Part shown: piece after piece, positions 1 to 8,185 of the stretch | Position numbering within the stretch: the first letter of the stretch is position 1 | How the letters are laid out: each line of letters begins with the position of its first letter | Program-made: the position numbers and the translations under genes | Source: a virus | Lineage: Duplodnaviria; Caudoviricetes | IMG/VR virus record: IMGVR_UViG_3300017766_000457 | Coordinates: 1-36,177 of that record | Direction: 5' to 3' (one strand) | DNA: 36,177 nucleotides | Notes under the pieces: generated by a model | Database searches by the model: none | What the model saw: the letters and a program-made list of their open reading frames with translations, nothing else | What the model was told of the DNA's origin: nothing

Positions 1-123
1 CGCTCGGCAGAGAAACTTAGATCGTCATAAGAAGGTAGCTCATTTACGATGTCTTTGTCGTAGCCCATTGCAATCAATTCTGACCGCTGCATGAGCTTGC
101 GATGAGCTACAAAAGGGGAGTCC
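1..123. repeat. Terminal overlap, copy 1 (identical to 36055-36177); indicates a circular assembly
   Basis: cgctcggcagagaaac...aaaaggggagtcc occurs at both ends; the portal reading frame runs through the junction. Confidence 0.97.
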
Positions 124-782
124 TCGATTGTCCTAGCCGCCTTGGAAATCAGGAACTCCTCCGGAGGTACGTTCTCAATCCTTACAGAACCACTCTTGTT
201 TGTCCGCTTGACCGTAACGTCATACGATGGAGCCTCAATGGGCATACCCATCATATCTACGCCAGCAGGGATCATCTCGACCTTCTGGCTTACGACAGTA
301 AGAGACTCATCAGACAGTAGCATGACCAATTCATCTTCAGTCAAGCTCTGGTATTTCTCTTTAATAACATCTTCTTTGGCATCCCAATACGACTTAACGA
401 TACCAACCTTCTCAAGCAGGGCATCCTTAAACCAGTTATGCAGGATCAGTAGACCTTCGTTCTCACGGTAGAACACCCAGTTACAGTAATCAGTAGCCTG
501 TTTAGCAGACTCCTCATCTTCAGCAGTCTTAGGCTCAAAGTAGACAATATCCTCTGTTGTCGTAAAGACACGAATAAGCTGTGGCAATGCACCATCGATA
601 GCCTCGGCTACCTCGCCAGTGACGATCTGGCTGCGACCTTCTACCTCATTACCATACGGATTGCGGAGATAGTAATCAAGCGCCTTACGACGCTCCTCAA
701 CGGTTTCTGTCTCAATGTATCCGATAGAGTCATCAATCTCAGATTCGACGATGCTCTTGATCTGGCCTTCATCCATCTTCAT
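1..782 (-). CDS. Portal protein, N-terminal part (continues across the junction into 36054..34734; 700 aa in total)
   Basis: Manual translation from ATG at 782 gives MKMDEGQIKSIVESEIDDSIGYIETETVEERRKALDYYLRNPYGNEVEGRSQIV...; in frame with the 470-aa ORF (782-92=690); directly downstream of terL. Confidence 0.9.
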   Translation of the reverse strand, partial: MKMDEGQIKSIVESEIDDSIGYIETETVEERRKALDYYLRNPYGNEVEGRSQIVTGEVAEAIDGALPQLIRVFTTTEDIVYFEPKTAEDEESAKQATDYCNWVFYRENEGLLILHNWFKDALLEKVGIVKSYWDAKEDVIKEKYQSLTEDELVMLLSDESLTVVSQKVEMIPAGVDMMGMPIEAPSYDVTVKRTNKSGSVRIENVPPEEFLISKAARTIEDSPFVAHRKLMQRSELIAMGYDKDIVNELPSYDDLSFSAE

Positions 783-809
783 AGCAAGCCCTTACAGGAA
801 TTTTGCTTA

Positions 810-2084
810 TTATACAACCCATTTTGCGTTAATAGGCAAGTCTGAAGACCACGAACTGTCGCTCTCGTCAAGCCCTATTGCAAGGTATCTGAAGGCATCT
901 GAGTAATGGCTAGACCAGTCGTGGAGAGGCTTATCGTAAAACACCTGTTGCTTCTCGTTATATTCCCTACGGTAATTGCGTATGGCATCAAGTCCAGCCT
1001 TGGTTTTGTGGTCAAACCAGCAACGTGGGAGCAAGCGTCTGACAGCCTGAATACCGTCAGCTACAGACAATCTAGGAGCTACCGTAATCTCAAGACCAGC
1101 CTCGTTAAGAACCTCCTTGCGGCTCTTGCCAGTGCCTAGCTCCCTTACCTCCACATCGTGCGGGAGTATCTGTGCAAAGCCTTCGTACCTGTTTTCCCTG
1201 AGCCATGATACATACCAGTCCAGACCGACTCCGTGGTTCTCGATGCAGTCGATAAGCCGCACTTCTTTGCCAGCCAACTGAGCCACCCATAGACAAGTAG
1301 AGTCACCCATACCAAGATCCCAAGCAACAAAAGACTTGCAAAGGTCATCCCGGTCAATAGTTGTGATCCTAGACTTGGCTTCGAGATCGTTAATAATCTG
1401 ACCATAATAACTACCCTCAACCGCTGCGTTAAAGGAACACTCAAACTCCTGAGCGTACTTGTCTTCGCCCATTTCCTTGCGAGCATCCCAGAGTTCTTTC
1501 TCGTTAAGAATCCTTGTCTCGCTGGCTCTGAACTCAAGTAATGCCCATCCTTCGGCTGTCTGTGCGCGATCCCTAAAGTCAGCAAAGTGGTTCTTACCCT
1601 TAGGCGTACCAATAAAGAGACACCACGTAGGAGCATCGTCAGTGTTGCGGTCTGCTAACGCTGGCCTGATGACTTCGTTCCAGATCTTAGGGTTTTGATC
1701 TCCGATCTCATCCAAGACCACACCATCAAAGTACTGACCACGCAGAGAGTCAGCGTTATCAGAACCATAAAGACTAATCCTTCTTCCCCAGAAGTCAACC
1801 CGTAGCTCCGAGATGTTTGCAGTAGCTCCCAGAGGACGAGTGAACTCCAGCAGATAGTCCCAAGCGACACGCTTAGATTGAGCGTATGTAGGAGCAATAT
1901 ACGCGAACCGAGGATTAGGTTTATTACACTCAATGGCGGCCTTTATCAGATGGTTGATAGCGCTTACAGTCTTGCCCATACGACGATGAGCCACTACAAC
2001 CGTAAACCTGTGGTTATCTACTGCCTCATGGATCTTTAGCTGCTGATCCCTTGGCCTGTAAGCAATCTCGATTACTTCTGCCAT
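810..2084 (-). CDS. terL: Terminase large subunit
   Basis: Walker A HRRMGKT, Walker B LRG..FDGVVLDE, coupling motif IGTPKG, nuclease domain WDLG...HYSDAFRY. Confidence 0.96.
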   Translation of the reverse strand: MAEVIEIAYRPRDQQLKIHEAVDNHRFTVVVAHRRMGKTVSAINHLIKAAIECNKPNPRFAYIAPTYAQSKRVAWDYLLEFTRPLGATANISELRVDFWGRRISLYGSDNADSLRGQYFDGVVLDEIGDQNPKIWNEVIRPALADRNTDDAPTWCLFIGTPKGKNHFADFRDRAQTAEGWALLEFRASETRILNEKELWDARKEMGEDKYAQEFECSFNAAVEGSYYGQIINDLEAKSRITTIDRDDLCKSFVAWDLGMGDSTCLWVAQLAGKEVRLIDCIENHGVGLDWYVSWLRENRYEGFAQILPHDVEVRELGTGKSRKEVLNEAGLEITVAPRLSVADGIQAVRRLLPRCWFDHKTKAGLDAIRNYRREYNEKQQVFYDKPLHDWSSHYSDAFRYLAIGLDESDSSWSSDLPINAKWVV

Positions 2085-2380
2085 GTAACCACGTGCTGCT
2101 GAGGAGCGCCGTCAAGACCTGTTACCTCAGTCCTAGCCAGCTTAGGAATATGGTACTCAGAGAGCTTATTCATCAGGTCTAGCGCCTTATACGGATCGTC
2201 TTGCGCTACCTCATTAAGCCATCTATCCATGTTCGGAGCATTGCGCTCTAATAGATTAGCAATAGCCTCTCGGACTATAGCTGTTGACTTATTAACCGCA
2301 CCTTTAGGCCTCCCCTTACCCATATTAGTAAGGTTTGCTATTCGTGCATCGTCCTCTATTTTACTGATTTCTGTTTCCAT
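2072..2380 (-). CDS. Probable terminase small subunit
   Basis: Overlaps the terL start; GRPKG motif and C-terminal EVTGLDG typical of small terminases. Confidence 0.6.
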   Translation of the reverse strand: METEISKIEDDARIANLTNMGKGRPKGAVNKSTAIVREAIANLLERNAPNMDRWLNEVAQDDPYKALDLMNKLSEYHIPKLARTEVTGLDGAPQQHVVTWQK

Positions 2381-2401
2381 TTTTGCATTACCTCTCAGGT
2401 G

Positions 2402-3112
2402 TCATGCGCCGTAAATACCCTCGTATATATCCGGTCTGTTAGCCTTTATCCACTCTCGTGGTTCTTCATGGCATTTCTCAAAGTCTGTTCCTACTGTCTG
2501 GCTTCCTGCGTGATGAACATAAGCCCTTGATACGAAATGCTCAAACCCTGCTTTTTGCAGGTCATGGCATATTATATTATCGGAATACCAATTCGTGCTT
2601 GGAAACTTAGCTACATCCCATGCCTTACGAGTAACACTAGCAAATATAGGTGCTATGACTCCTGTGGGCTTAATGTAGAATTCACTCTCCCACTTTAATC
2701 CTGTCCGCTGATCTTCCTCTACTGGGAATCTAATGTTCTGGTCAGGCAATACGTAGTCCGATCTAGCACCCAAGAATCCGACATTTACGCCGTTTGATTC
2801 CAGAATCTCCGCATCTTGCTTTAGCAGATCTATAGCACTCGGTGTTATAACAACATCGTCATTAGATAGTATTACTGAGTCGTAACGTCCATGCTCAAAA
2901 GCATAATCTACCGCTGCATTGTAGGCATCGCCGAAGTTATCAGCTAGATTCGGCATCCAGACCAGATTAGGCAATATTGCTTTAGCTCTGTGCCATAAGT
3001 CCAGACTGTTGGATGATAGATATACAGGCATCGTAGGGGCATAAACTCTAATGCTTTCTAGTAATATCGTTACGCCGGGATTCTTTACCGTACAGATAAC
3101 TATAGCTTGCAC
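2402..3112 (-). CDS. GT-A fold (GT2-like) glycosyltransferase
   Basis: N-terminal beta strand, NFGDAYN, ILSNDDVV (DxD-like), YSDN and YVHHAGSQT motifs. Confidence 0.75.
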   Translation of the reverse strand: MQAIVICTVKNPGVTILLESIRVYAPTMPVYLSSNSLDLWHRAKAILPNLVWMPNLADNFGDAYNAAVDYAFEHGRYDSVILSNDDVVITPSAIDLLKQDAEILESNGVNVGFLGARSDYVLPDQNIRFPVEEDQRTGLKWESEFYIKPTGVIAPIFASVTRKAWDVAKFPSTNWYSDNIICHDLQKAGFEHFVSRAYVHHAGSQTVGTDFEKCHEEPREWIKANRPDIYEGIYGA

Positions 3113-3621
3113 AGGGTAACCTTCATAGATTCTACGGCTCGTGGAGTTCTCAGGATTTCCTGATCGTCAGCGCCATTTTCAGACATTTCTGAGCCTAGTT
3201 CCGACAACTTGAACTGAAGCTCTGCCAACCTAAAACCTGAGTCCCAGCCTAAATACCAACTCCACTCGGTATAGTACAGCCAGCTATTCTCATTGAATGC
3301 TCTTACGTGAGTAGGATCCTGCCAAGCGCCTAGACTTAGCTCATACGGTACGGATATAACGAACTCCCCACCGACTTTAAGTAAGTCTCGGCAGTTCCTC
3401 ATGGCGCTTACTAAGTCAGGAATATGCTCAAGAACATCGTTAGCCAGAATAGTGTCAAACATATCTGGTCTAATCTTGATCTGTCCGAATCGGGTATTTA
3501 CTAGCTCACCCCATTTGACTTTAGATATGTCGCAACACCAGTCAGGATTAACCCTTGCCTGAATGTCGGAATTTAGACAATCTTCTCTCCAGTCTTTGCC
3601 GGAGCCTAGATTTAATATCAT
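3100..3621 (-). CDS. Class I SAM-dependent methyltransferase
   Basis: ILNLGSG motif I, DVLEHI, LKVGGEFVISVP, DPTH. Confidence 0.88.
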   Translation of the reverse strand: MILNLGSGKDWREDCLNSDIQARVNPDWCCDISKVKWGELVNTRFGQIKIRPDMFDTILANDVLEHIPDLVSAMRNCRDLLKVGGEFVISVPYELSLGAWQDPTHVRAFNENSWLYYTEWSWYLGWDSGFRLAELQFKLSELGSEMSENGADDQEILRTPRAVESMKVTLCKL

Positions 3622-3914
3622 TTTTTCTTGTTTCTAGCGGAAATAGCTGCTGCTTTTTGCTTGGCATCAGCCTTTGATGAGGCTCCCCATGCTCGTAAAG
3701 ACAGTAGCAAACGAGTAGGCTCACCATCTTTATACTCCGCACCCGGCATATTGCCCATACGGGCTAGGAAACTTGCTCGTCTAGGATTGTCTCCTGACTT
3801 AACGGGAGCCTTCAGGTTAGAACCGGGATTAGCAGCCTCGTAAGACTTACGCCCCTTCTCGTTCAATCCACCTTTAGGATTCTTCCCCGCCTTCTTCGTC
3901 CATGCTGCTGCCAT
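3618..3914 (-). CDS. Small basic conserved phage protein (DUF6321-like)
   Basis: KNPKGGLNEKGRKSY...RRASFLARM...SLRAWG pattern; coupled to neighbours. Confidence 0.65.
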   Translation of the reverse strand: MAAAWTKKAGKNPKGGLNEKGRKSYEAANPGSNLKAPVKSGDNPRRASFLARMGNMPGAEYKDGEPTRLLLSLRAWGASSKADAKQKAAAISARNKKK

Positions 3915-4350
3915 ATTCTTCCTCGCTGTCCAGTTTAGCCATCTTGAGCATATTCTTCTGCTTTTCAGTCATAGGCTTGGTTATTGGGCCACCTACTAAC
4001 CATGCAGAACAAGTACGATCAGCCGCACACTTGAACTCAAAAAGCTCACAATAGCCTAGCTCTGACTCTGCGACTACCTCATTAGCGTAAGTCTCGTTAT
4101 CCGATTCCTCACCCTGAATACCCTTGATAATACAGTCCATCATCTCAGGAGTCTGGATAAATGCAGAACAGTTACCGCAGCGCATTGTCTGTGCATTCTC
4201 AGGAGTCGTAGCCCATTCCTCAGCACGTTTATCCCAGAAGTCTTCAGGTTCCTCTGGGTTAGCTGGGCCATAGCCTACGTTTTTAAATGCCCAATCCCGA
4301 TTCTTTAGGTTGAGCTTGATGTCTGAGCAGACTTTAGGACAGGTTTTCAT
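3874..4350 (-). CDS. Cys-rich hypothetical protein, probably metal-binding
   Basis: RCGNCSAF...GYCELFEFKCAADRTCSAW; acidic tail. Confidence 0.65.
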   Translation of the reverse strand: MKTCPKVCSDIKLNLKNRDWAFKNVGYGPANPEEPEDFWDKRAEEWATTPENAQTMRCGNCSAFIQTPEMMDCIIKGIQGEESDNETYANEVVAESELGYCELFEFKCAADRTCSAWLVGGPITKPMTEKQKNMLKMAKLDSEEEYGSSMDEEGGEES

Positions 4351-4496
4351 TTCTTCTTCTTTGCAGTTTTAGCCGCTTGCTTGAAGTCGGCTTTAGTAGG
4401 AGCGCCCTTAGTTCCCGGCTTCTTCATCTTCTCACCTGAACCCTCAGCTATGCGCTTACGCTTGGCATTAATATTGGCATAGAGACCGGGCTTCAT
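4347..4496 (-). CDS. 49-aa Lys-rich basic peptide (not in ORF track)
   Basis: MKPGLYANINAKRKRIAEGSGEKMKKPGTKGAPTKADFKQAAKTAKKKK; ATGA overlaps at both ends. Confidence 0.8.
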   Translation of the reverse strand: MKPGLYANINAKRKRIAEGSGEKMKKPGTKGAPTKADFKQAAKTAKKKK

Positions 4497-4657
4497 TTCT
4501 TAGCCTTTTTCTTAGCCATACCAGCCTCAGAAAGCGCAATTGCAACAGCTTGTTTCTGAGACTTGACCACTGGGCCACCCTTGCCAGAATGCAATTCGCC
4601 TTTGCCATACTCACGCATAACTTTAGCTACCTTCTTGGCTGCTTTCGTCTTCTTCAT
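4493..4657 (-). CDS. 54-aa Lys-rich basic peptide, DUF6496-like (not in ORF track)
   Basis: MKKTKAAKKVAKVMREYGKGELHSGKGGPVVKSQKQAVAIALSEAGMAKKKAKK; AGGAG upstream; ATGA overlap downstream. Confidence 0.82.
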   Translation of the reverse strand: MKKTKAAKKVAKVMREYGKGELHSGKGGPVVKSQKQAVAIALSEAGMAKKKAKK

Positions 4658-4934
4658 TAAGAATCTCCTGTACCTGCTGTGCTAGCTGCAATTCGGTAAC
4701 TCCGTACCGACGCTCAAAGGCTTTCCTGCCTAGGCCATGATAGCCATCGTTCCCCCTGTGGTGGCGAGGGCAGAGAGGCAAAGTTGCATAATTAGAATTC
4801 CTGACACCCATCCCCAAACCGATACCTCGGATATGGTGAATCTCTGCTGGAGTCCCAATATAGCCAAGCCTGTAACAAATTATACAGCCTATATCAGCTA
4901 CTTTTGACAGGTATTGAGCCTCTTTTTTACGCAT
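4623..4934 (-). CDS. Ref-like (recombination enhancement) HNH/Zn nuclease
   Basis: GCIIC...AEIHH...TLPLCPRHHR...HG...FERRYG. Confidence 0.75.
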   Translation of the reverse strand: MRKKEAQYLSKVADIGCIICYRLGYIGTPAEIHHIRGIGLGMGVRNSNYATLPLCPRHHRGNDGYHGLGRKAFERRYGVTELQLAQQVQEILNEEDESSQEGS

Positions 4935-5241
4935 TTTTCTGCTTTAGTTTGACTTCAATGGCGCGTACAAAACTGCCGGTGTTGTGCGTATTACGAATTA
5001 ACTCTGATATTTCCTCATCCGTCAGCCCCTGCCATTCGCGCTTTGGTGGGGCGGTGAAAGTTACGCTCGGTGGTGTACGTCCTTCTTCCCATCTATAACC
5101 TGCCACCGGCTCCGGTTCAGGCTGCGCTAGTCGGGCGCGAAGGATTTCGATTGTGTCGCTGTAAATTTCTTTAGCATCGCCAACATAAGTCAACGCATCC
5201 AACACCTGCTGCGCTTCCTCGCGGGTTAATGTGATGGTCAT
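4927..5241 (-). CDS. Hypothetical protein
   Basis: Coupled ORF; QPEPEPVA and REWQGLTDEEI...RAIEVKLKQKN modules. Confidence 0.75.
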   Translation of the reverse strand: MTITLTREEAQQVLDALTYVGDAKEIYSDTIEILRARLAQPEPEPVAGYRWEEGRTPPSVTFTAPPKREWQGLTDEEISELIRNTHNTGSFVRAIEVKLKQKNA

Positions 5242-5402
5242 TGAAACCTCTGCGGCAAGTTTTCTCTGGTTATCCGTAATGCTTCCTCTAACGCATATGC
5301 AATTGCCTTTCGATCTTCATCTGCGGTATCTGGGTCAAGGTCTTTTACTACCACTGATATACCGTCCTCGTCGTGATTTACTTCGATTGTGTAGGTTGTC
5401 AT
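5238..5402 (-). CDS. 54-aa hypothetical protein (not in ORF track)
   Basis: MTTYTIEVNHDEDGISVVVKDLDPDTADEDRKAIAYALGSITDNQRNLPQRFQ; AGGAG RBS; ATGA overlaps fill the gap exactly. Confidence 0.7.
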   Translation of the reverse strand: MTTYTIEVNHDEDGISVVVKDLDPDTADEDRKAIAYALEEALRITRENLPQRFQ

Positions 5403-5647
5403 TGTTGTTCTCCTGTAGATTTGGCGATAACGGCTTCAATCAAATCCCATGTCGCATCTTCAATACCGCATTCACACGCAAACCCTTGCTCAAACCGTAT
5501 GCGTTTAAATATTCCCACCAACTCAGCATTCACCTCATGCAAGCGGCGTAGTTCGGCGGCGGCTTGGCGCATCTGTAAAATCGTGCAGTGGTCTAGCTCC
5601 TCAAGACATTCAGCCAGCCGCAGGGCTTCGGGTTGTTTGTCAGTCAT
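5399..5647 (-). CDS. Hypothetical protein
   Basis: QPEALRLA...AAAELRRLHEVN...AVIAKSTGE; AGGA RBS. Confidence 0.75.
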   Translation of the reverse strand: MTDKQPEALRLAECLEELDHCTILQMRQAAAELRRLHEVNAELVGIFKRIRFEQGFACECGIEDATWDLIEAVIAKSTGEQQ

Positions 5648-5648
5648 A

Positions 5649-5837
5649 TTAGTATCCTAGTATTTTTTTGACATCACCTAAGAACTTAGGATCAGTCGGT
5701 CTATTAGCTCGATAAATGCTCGGCGTAGTCCGGTTATAACATCCAGCACAACGCCATCCTCTGAGACTTCCTTCCTTACGATAGCCACCCTCCTCCGGCT
5801 TAGATTGCTGGCAGCTATTGCAAAAACGCATCTTCAT
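5649..5837 (-). CDS. Small Zn-ribbon protein
   Basis: FCNSC...WRCAGC; AAGGA RBS. Confidence 0.7.
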   Translation of the reverse strand: MKMRFCNSCQQSKPEEGGYRKEGSLRGWRCAGCYNRTTPSIYRANRPTDPKFLGDVKKILGY

Positions 5838-6016
5838 TTATTCTTTCCTTGGAGTTTCTTTTGGACATCTAGAATCAGAGCTTTAATCTGGTCTGGATAG
5901 TAATACTTGAGATTACCGAAATGCTTGATACTTAGTTGTTCTATCTCATGCTCGGTTAGATCCCGCAGCTTAATGGGCAATTCCTCGTTCCCGAATAATA
6001 GCCTTTGCCGGATCAT
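5834..6016 (-). CDS. Hypothetical protein (true start may be TTG near 5980)
   Basis: Fills the operon gap; LRDLTEHEI...KLQGKN motif. Confidence 0.55.
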   Translation of the reverse strand: MIRQRLLFGNEELPIKLRDLTEHEIEQLSIKHFGNLKYYYPDQIKALILDVQKKLQGKNK

Positions 6017-6179
6017 AATCGCCTATGCAACCACCGTTATTGCACTCAGGGCAATACTCAAGACCAACCTCACCAGAAAACGGATCTGTGCCAGTAGGTA
6101 CATCGTCATAGTCCATTACGTAACCGCAACATTCGCATTGCGCTAGGTTGCTATCATCTACTATGTTTGTGTCGTTCAT
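5970..6179 (-). CDS. Small Zn-ribbon protein
   Basis: QCECCG...YCPECN; GAGGA RBS. Confidence 0.7.
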   Translation of the reverse strand: MNDTNIVDDSNLAQCECCGYVMDYDDVPTGTDPFSGEVGLEYCPECNNGGCIGDYDPAKAIIRERGIAH

Positions 6180-6188
6180 ATTATCCTC

Positions 6189-6518
6189 TTATTGAGTTGA
6201 TCTATCTATATTCCGGTTACTAGCTTCCTGAGAGCGCCAGACATCGATTCTGGCCTGTGCTGCTACCAACATCCACCGTAGTGTTTCTGCCTTCTCTACG
6301 GCTTCTTTAAGCCCATCCAGTACCGCTAGATACTCTGGATGACTGTACGCAAAATTGTCTTTGTCGGCAATAGTATTGCCAATGGCTCCTGCAAATAGCA
6401 TGGCTTTCTTACTTTTACGGAATTCCTCTAGGTAAGTAACCTGAGCCTTAGCCTGAGCATATTCAGCAGAATGCCGAATCATGTAGTCAATACTTTTATG
6501 TGGGTCTATTTTTTCCAT
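6189..6518 (-). CDS. Conserved helical phage protein (possibly UvsY-like)
   Basis: Start at 6518 overlaps the HNH stop; all-helical; AYSHPEY...IDVWRSQEAS; function is inference. Confidence 0.65.
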   Translation of the reverse strand: MEKIDPHKSIDYMIRHSAEYAQAKAQVTYLEEFRKSKKAMLFAGAIGNTIADKDNFAYSHPEYLAVLDGLKEAVEKAETLRWMLVAAQARIDVWRSQEASNRNIDRSTQ

Positions 6519-7045
6519 TACAACCATCCCCATCTTTCTTTATTAATTATTTTTCTTACGTACTGATATGGAATATTAAATTTTTTAGATAAATTAATAG
6601 TTTTTTCACCATTAGCAAACATTTCTCTAATTTCTAAAATTATTTCAACTGGATATTTATTTTGACCATTTCTCATTCCCCTATTAGAAGTTCCATGCAA
6701 AATTCTGTCATCGTTGTTTGCTTTTATTGTGTCAATTCTTAAATTTTCTAATCTGCAATCTGTTTTAATACCATTGTTATGGCAAACATTCATGCCCCTA
6801 CCGTAATCACCAATAAAAGTTTTTGCTACTAACACATGAACATCATGTGTTTTACATTTATTGTTAGCACAAAGTACAACTACTAAATATCCTCTAGTTG
6901 GATGTATTACATTTTTACGCACTGATCCAGCTTTGGTTCCTCTGCATTGTTTTATTCTTATAATTTCACCATTTTTTGAAATGGCATAATGATTTTCATA
7001 GCCATAAACTGGCATAAATCCATCAGGAATAACAAATTTATCCAT
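6518..7045 (-). CDS. NUMOD4-HNH homing endonuclease-like protein
   Basis: PVYGYENHYAISKNGEI (NUMOD4), VHVLVAKTF...VCHNNGIKTDCRLENL (HNH), C-terminal HTH; visibly AT-rich. Confidence 0.9.
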   Translation of the reverse strand: MDKFVIPDGFMPVYGYENHYAISKNGEIIRIKQCRGTKAGSVRKNVIHPTRGYLVVVLCANNKCKTHDVHVLVAKTFIGDYGRGMNVCHNNGIKTDCRLENLRIDTIKANNDDRILHGTSNRGMRNGQNKYPVEIILEIREMFANGEKTINLSKKFNIPYQYVRKIINKERWGWL

Positions 7046-7150
7046 AAAAAAAGCCCTCTAGGTTTGGCTCTCCGTGTGTCAGGCACGTCCCCACTCAAGG
7101 GGCGAGAACCAAAGCTAAAGGGCTTCAGTTTTTGTCTAAGCCTGACACAA
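7046..7150 (-). ncRNA. Structured leader RNA/attenuator (c4/CI-like architecture), copy A
   Basis: 22-bp stalk 7051-7072/7104-7125 with G-U pairs valid on the minus strand; two inner hairpins; U7 tail; 7075-7084 is perfectly complementary to 7140-7149. Confidence 0.7.
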
Positions 7151-7169
7151 AGACGAGATAATTATAAAC

Positions 7170-7595
7170 CTATTTAGTCGCATATTGGTAAACATAATCA
7201 ATGGCCTGAGCGAATTGCTTTCTTGTTAACGATAGCTGTAAGTTATCAGTAAGCACCAGTCCGTCACCTACTTCCCTCAAGTCACTGCCAGACAATCCCC
7301 ACTTGCCAGACTTATCAAACCTAGTCTGTACCTTTAGCATGGCATCTAGCCCTATTCTGATCTGTTTAGCATCGTCTGCTTTTCCAGCAGTGTTAGCAGC
7401 CACTAACCCGATATTGAGCCTAGCTACTATGGTGTTCCAGCTACCCTCGTCTCCGTAGCCTTCTCTTAGCTTCATTAGCTCAGAATGAGGCGCTAATTGC
7501 ATGGCTGTCTCTGACTCTGCGTTATGCCTGATAGTTAGTGGTAGCGTCTTTGGTATGTACTTTCTGGGCTTTCTTGGCTTCTTATTTACAGGCAT
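7170..7595 (-). CDS. Hypothetical protein with basic N-terminus
   Basis: Likely start MPVNKKPRKPRKY at 7595. Confidence 0.7.
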   Translation of the reverse strand: MPVNKKPRKPRKYIPKTLPLTIRHNAESETAMQLAPHSELMKLREGYGDEGSWNTIVARLNIGLVAANTAGKADDAKQIRIGLDAMLKVQTRFDKSGKWGLSGSDLREVGDGLVLTDNLQLSLTRKQFAQAIDYVYQYATK

Positions 7596-7866
7596 CGTAA
7601 ACCGCAGTAATTGCGTCCTTTGCGTTATTAACCACCGCAACCTGACCTCGCCAACCGGCATGCCAGATAACCTGCTGTGCCGTTAGCTTGCCATCCCCGT
7701 CTTTAAGCTCTAGCAGGACGTTATAACGCTTGCCATTATGACTATGACCTATCAGCAAGTCTGGACAGCCTTCCCCTACCTTATGCAGATGCTGGACAAT
7801 AAACCCTTCTTCTCGTAGTGCAGCAACAATAGCCTTCTGGTTTCCATCTACCCTATAAGCTCTCAC
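7582..7866 (-). CDS. PD-(D/E)XK nuclease, VRR-NUC/resolvase-like
   Basis: RVDGNQKAIVAALR...GCPDLLIG...LLELKD...LTAQQ; GTG start at 7866 with AAGGA RBS. Confidence 0.8.
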   Translation of the reverse strand: MRAYRVDGNQKAIVAALREEGFIVQHLHKVGEGCPDLLIGHSHNGKRYNVLLELKDGDGKLTAQQVIWHAGWRGQVAVVNNAKDAITAVYDACK

Positions 7867-8185
7867 GAATGTTCCTTGTAAATAATTTTTGTCTTTGGAA
7901 TAACCTGCACTTTTGATCCGTGTCAAAGTTCACAATTGCTGCTAATTCATCATCTAATCTTTGGCTAAAGTCACTTATCACGCAATCTAAATAAGAAGCA
8001 AAAGCCATAGCAGCTTTTAAATTCAGCGCGACTTTACCTGTCAAACATTGATGAACATACGCCTGACCTCCAAGATCAAAATCTTTGCCAAATTTTGCTT
8101 GGCTCGTTTTTGCTTTTCTATCCCAAATTTCACGTAACTTTCTGCTTTCTTCCCAATTAACTAAAGTAGTTGGTTTTCTTTTCAT
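7853..8185 (-). CDS. Lambda CI-like N-terminal HTH repressor domain (no peptidase domain)
   Basis: LREIW...SQAKF...QAYVHQCLTGKVALN..AAMAFASYL...SDFS parallels the lambda CI DNA-binding domain. Confidence 0.72.
   Translation of the reverse strand: MKRKPTTLVNWEESRKLREIWDRKAKTSQAKFGKDFDLGGQAYVHQCLTGKVALNLKAAMAFASYLDCVISDFSQRLDDELAAIVNFDTDQKCRLFQRQKLFTRNIRESL

Noticed and set aside
1-123. 123-bp end repeat as a physical direct terminal repeat
   Set aside because: It falls in the middle of the portal gene; best explained as the assembler overlap of a circular contig
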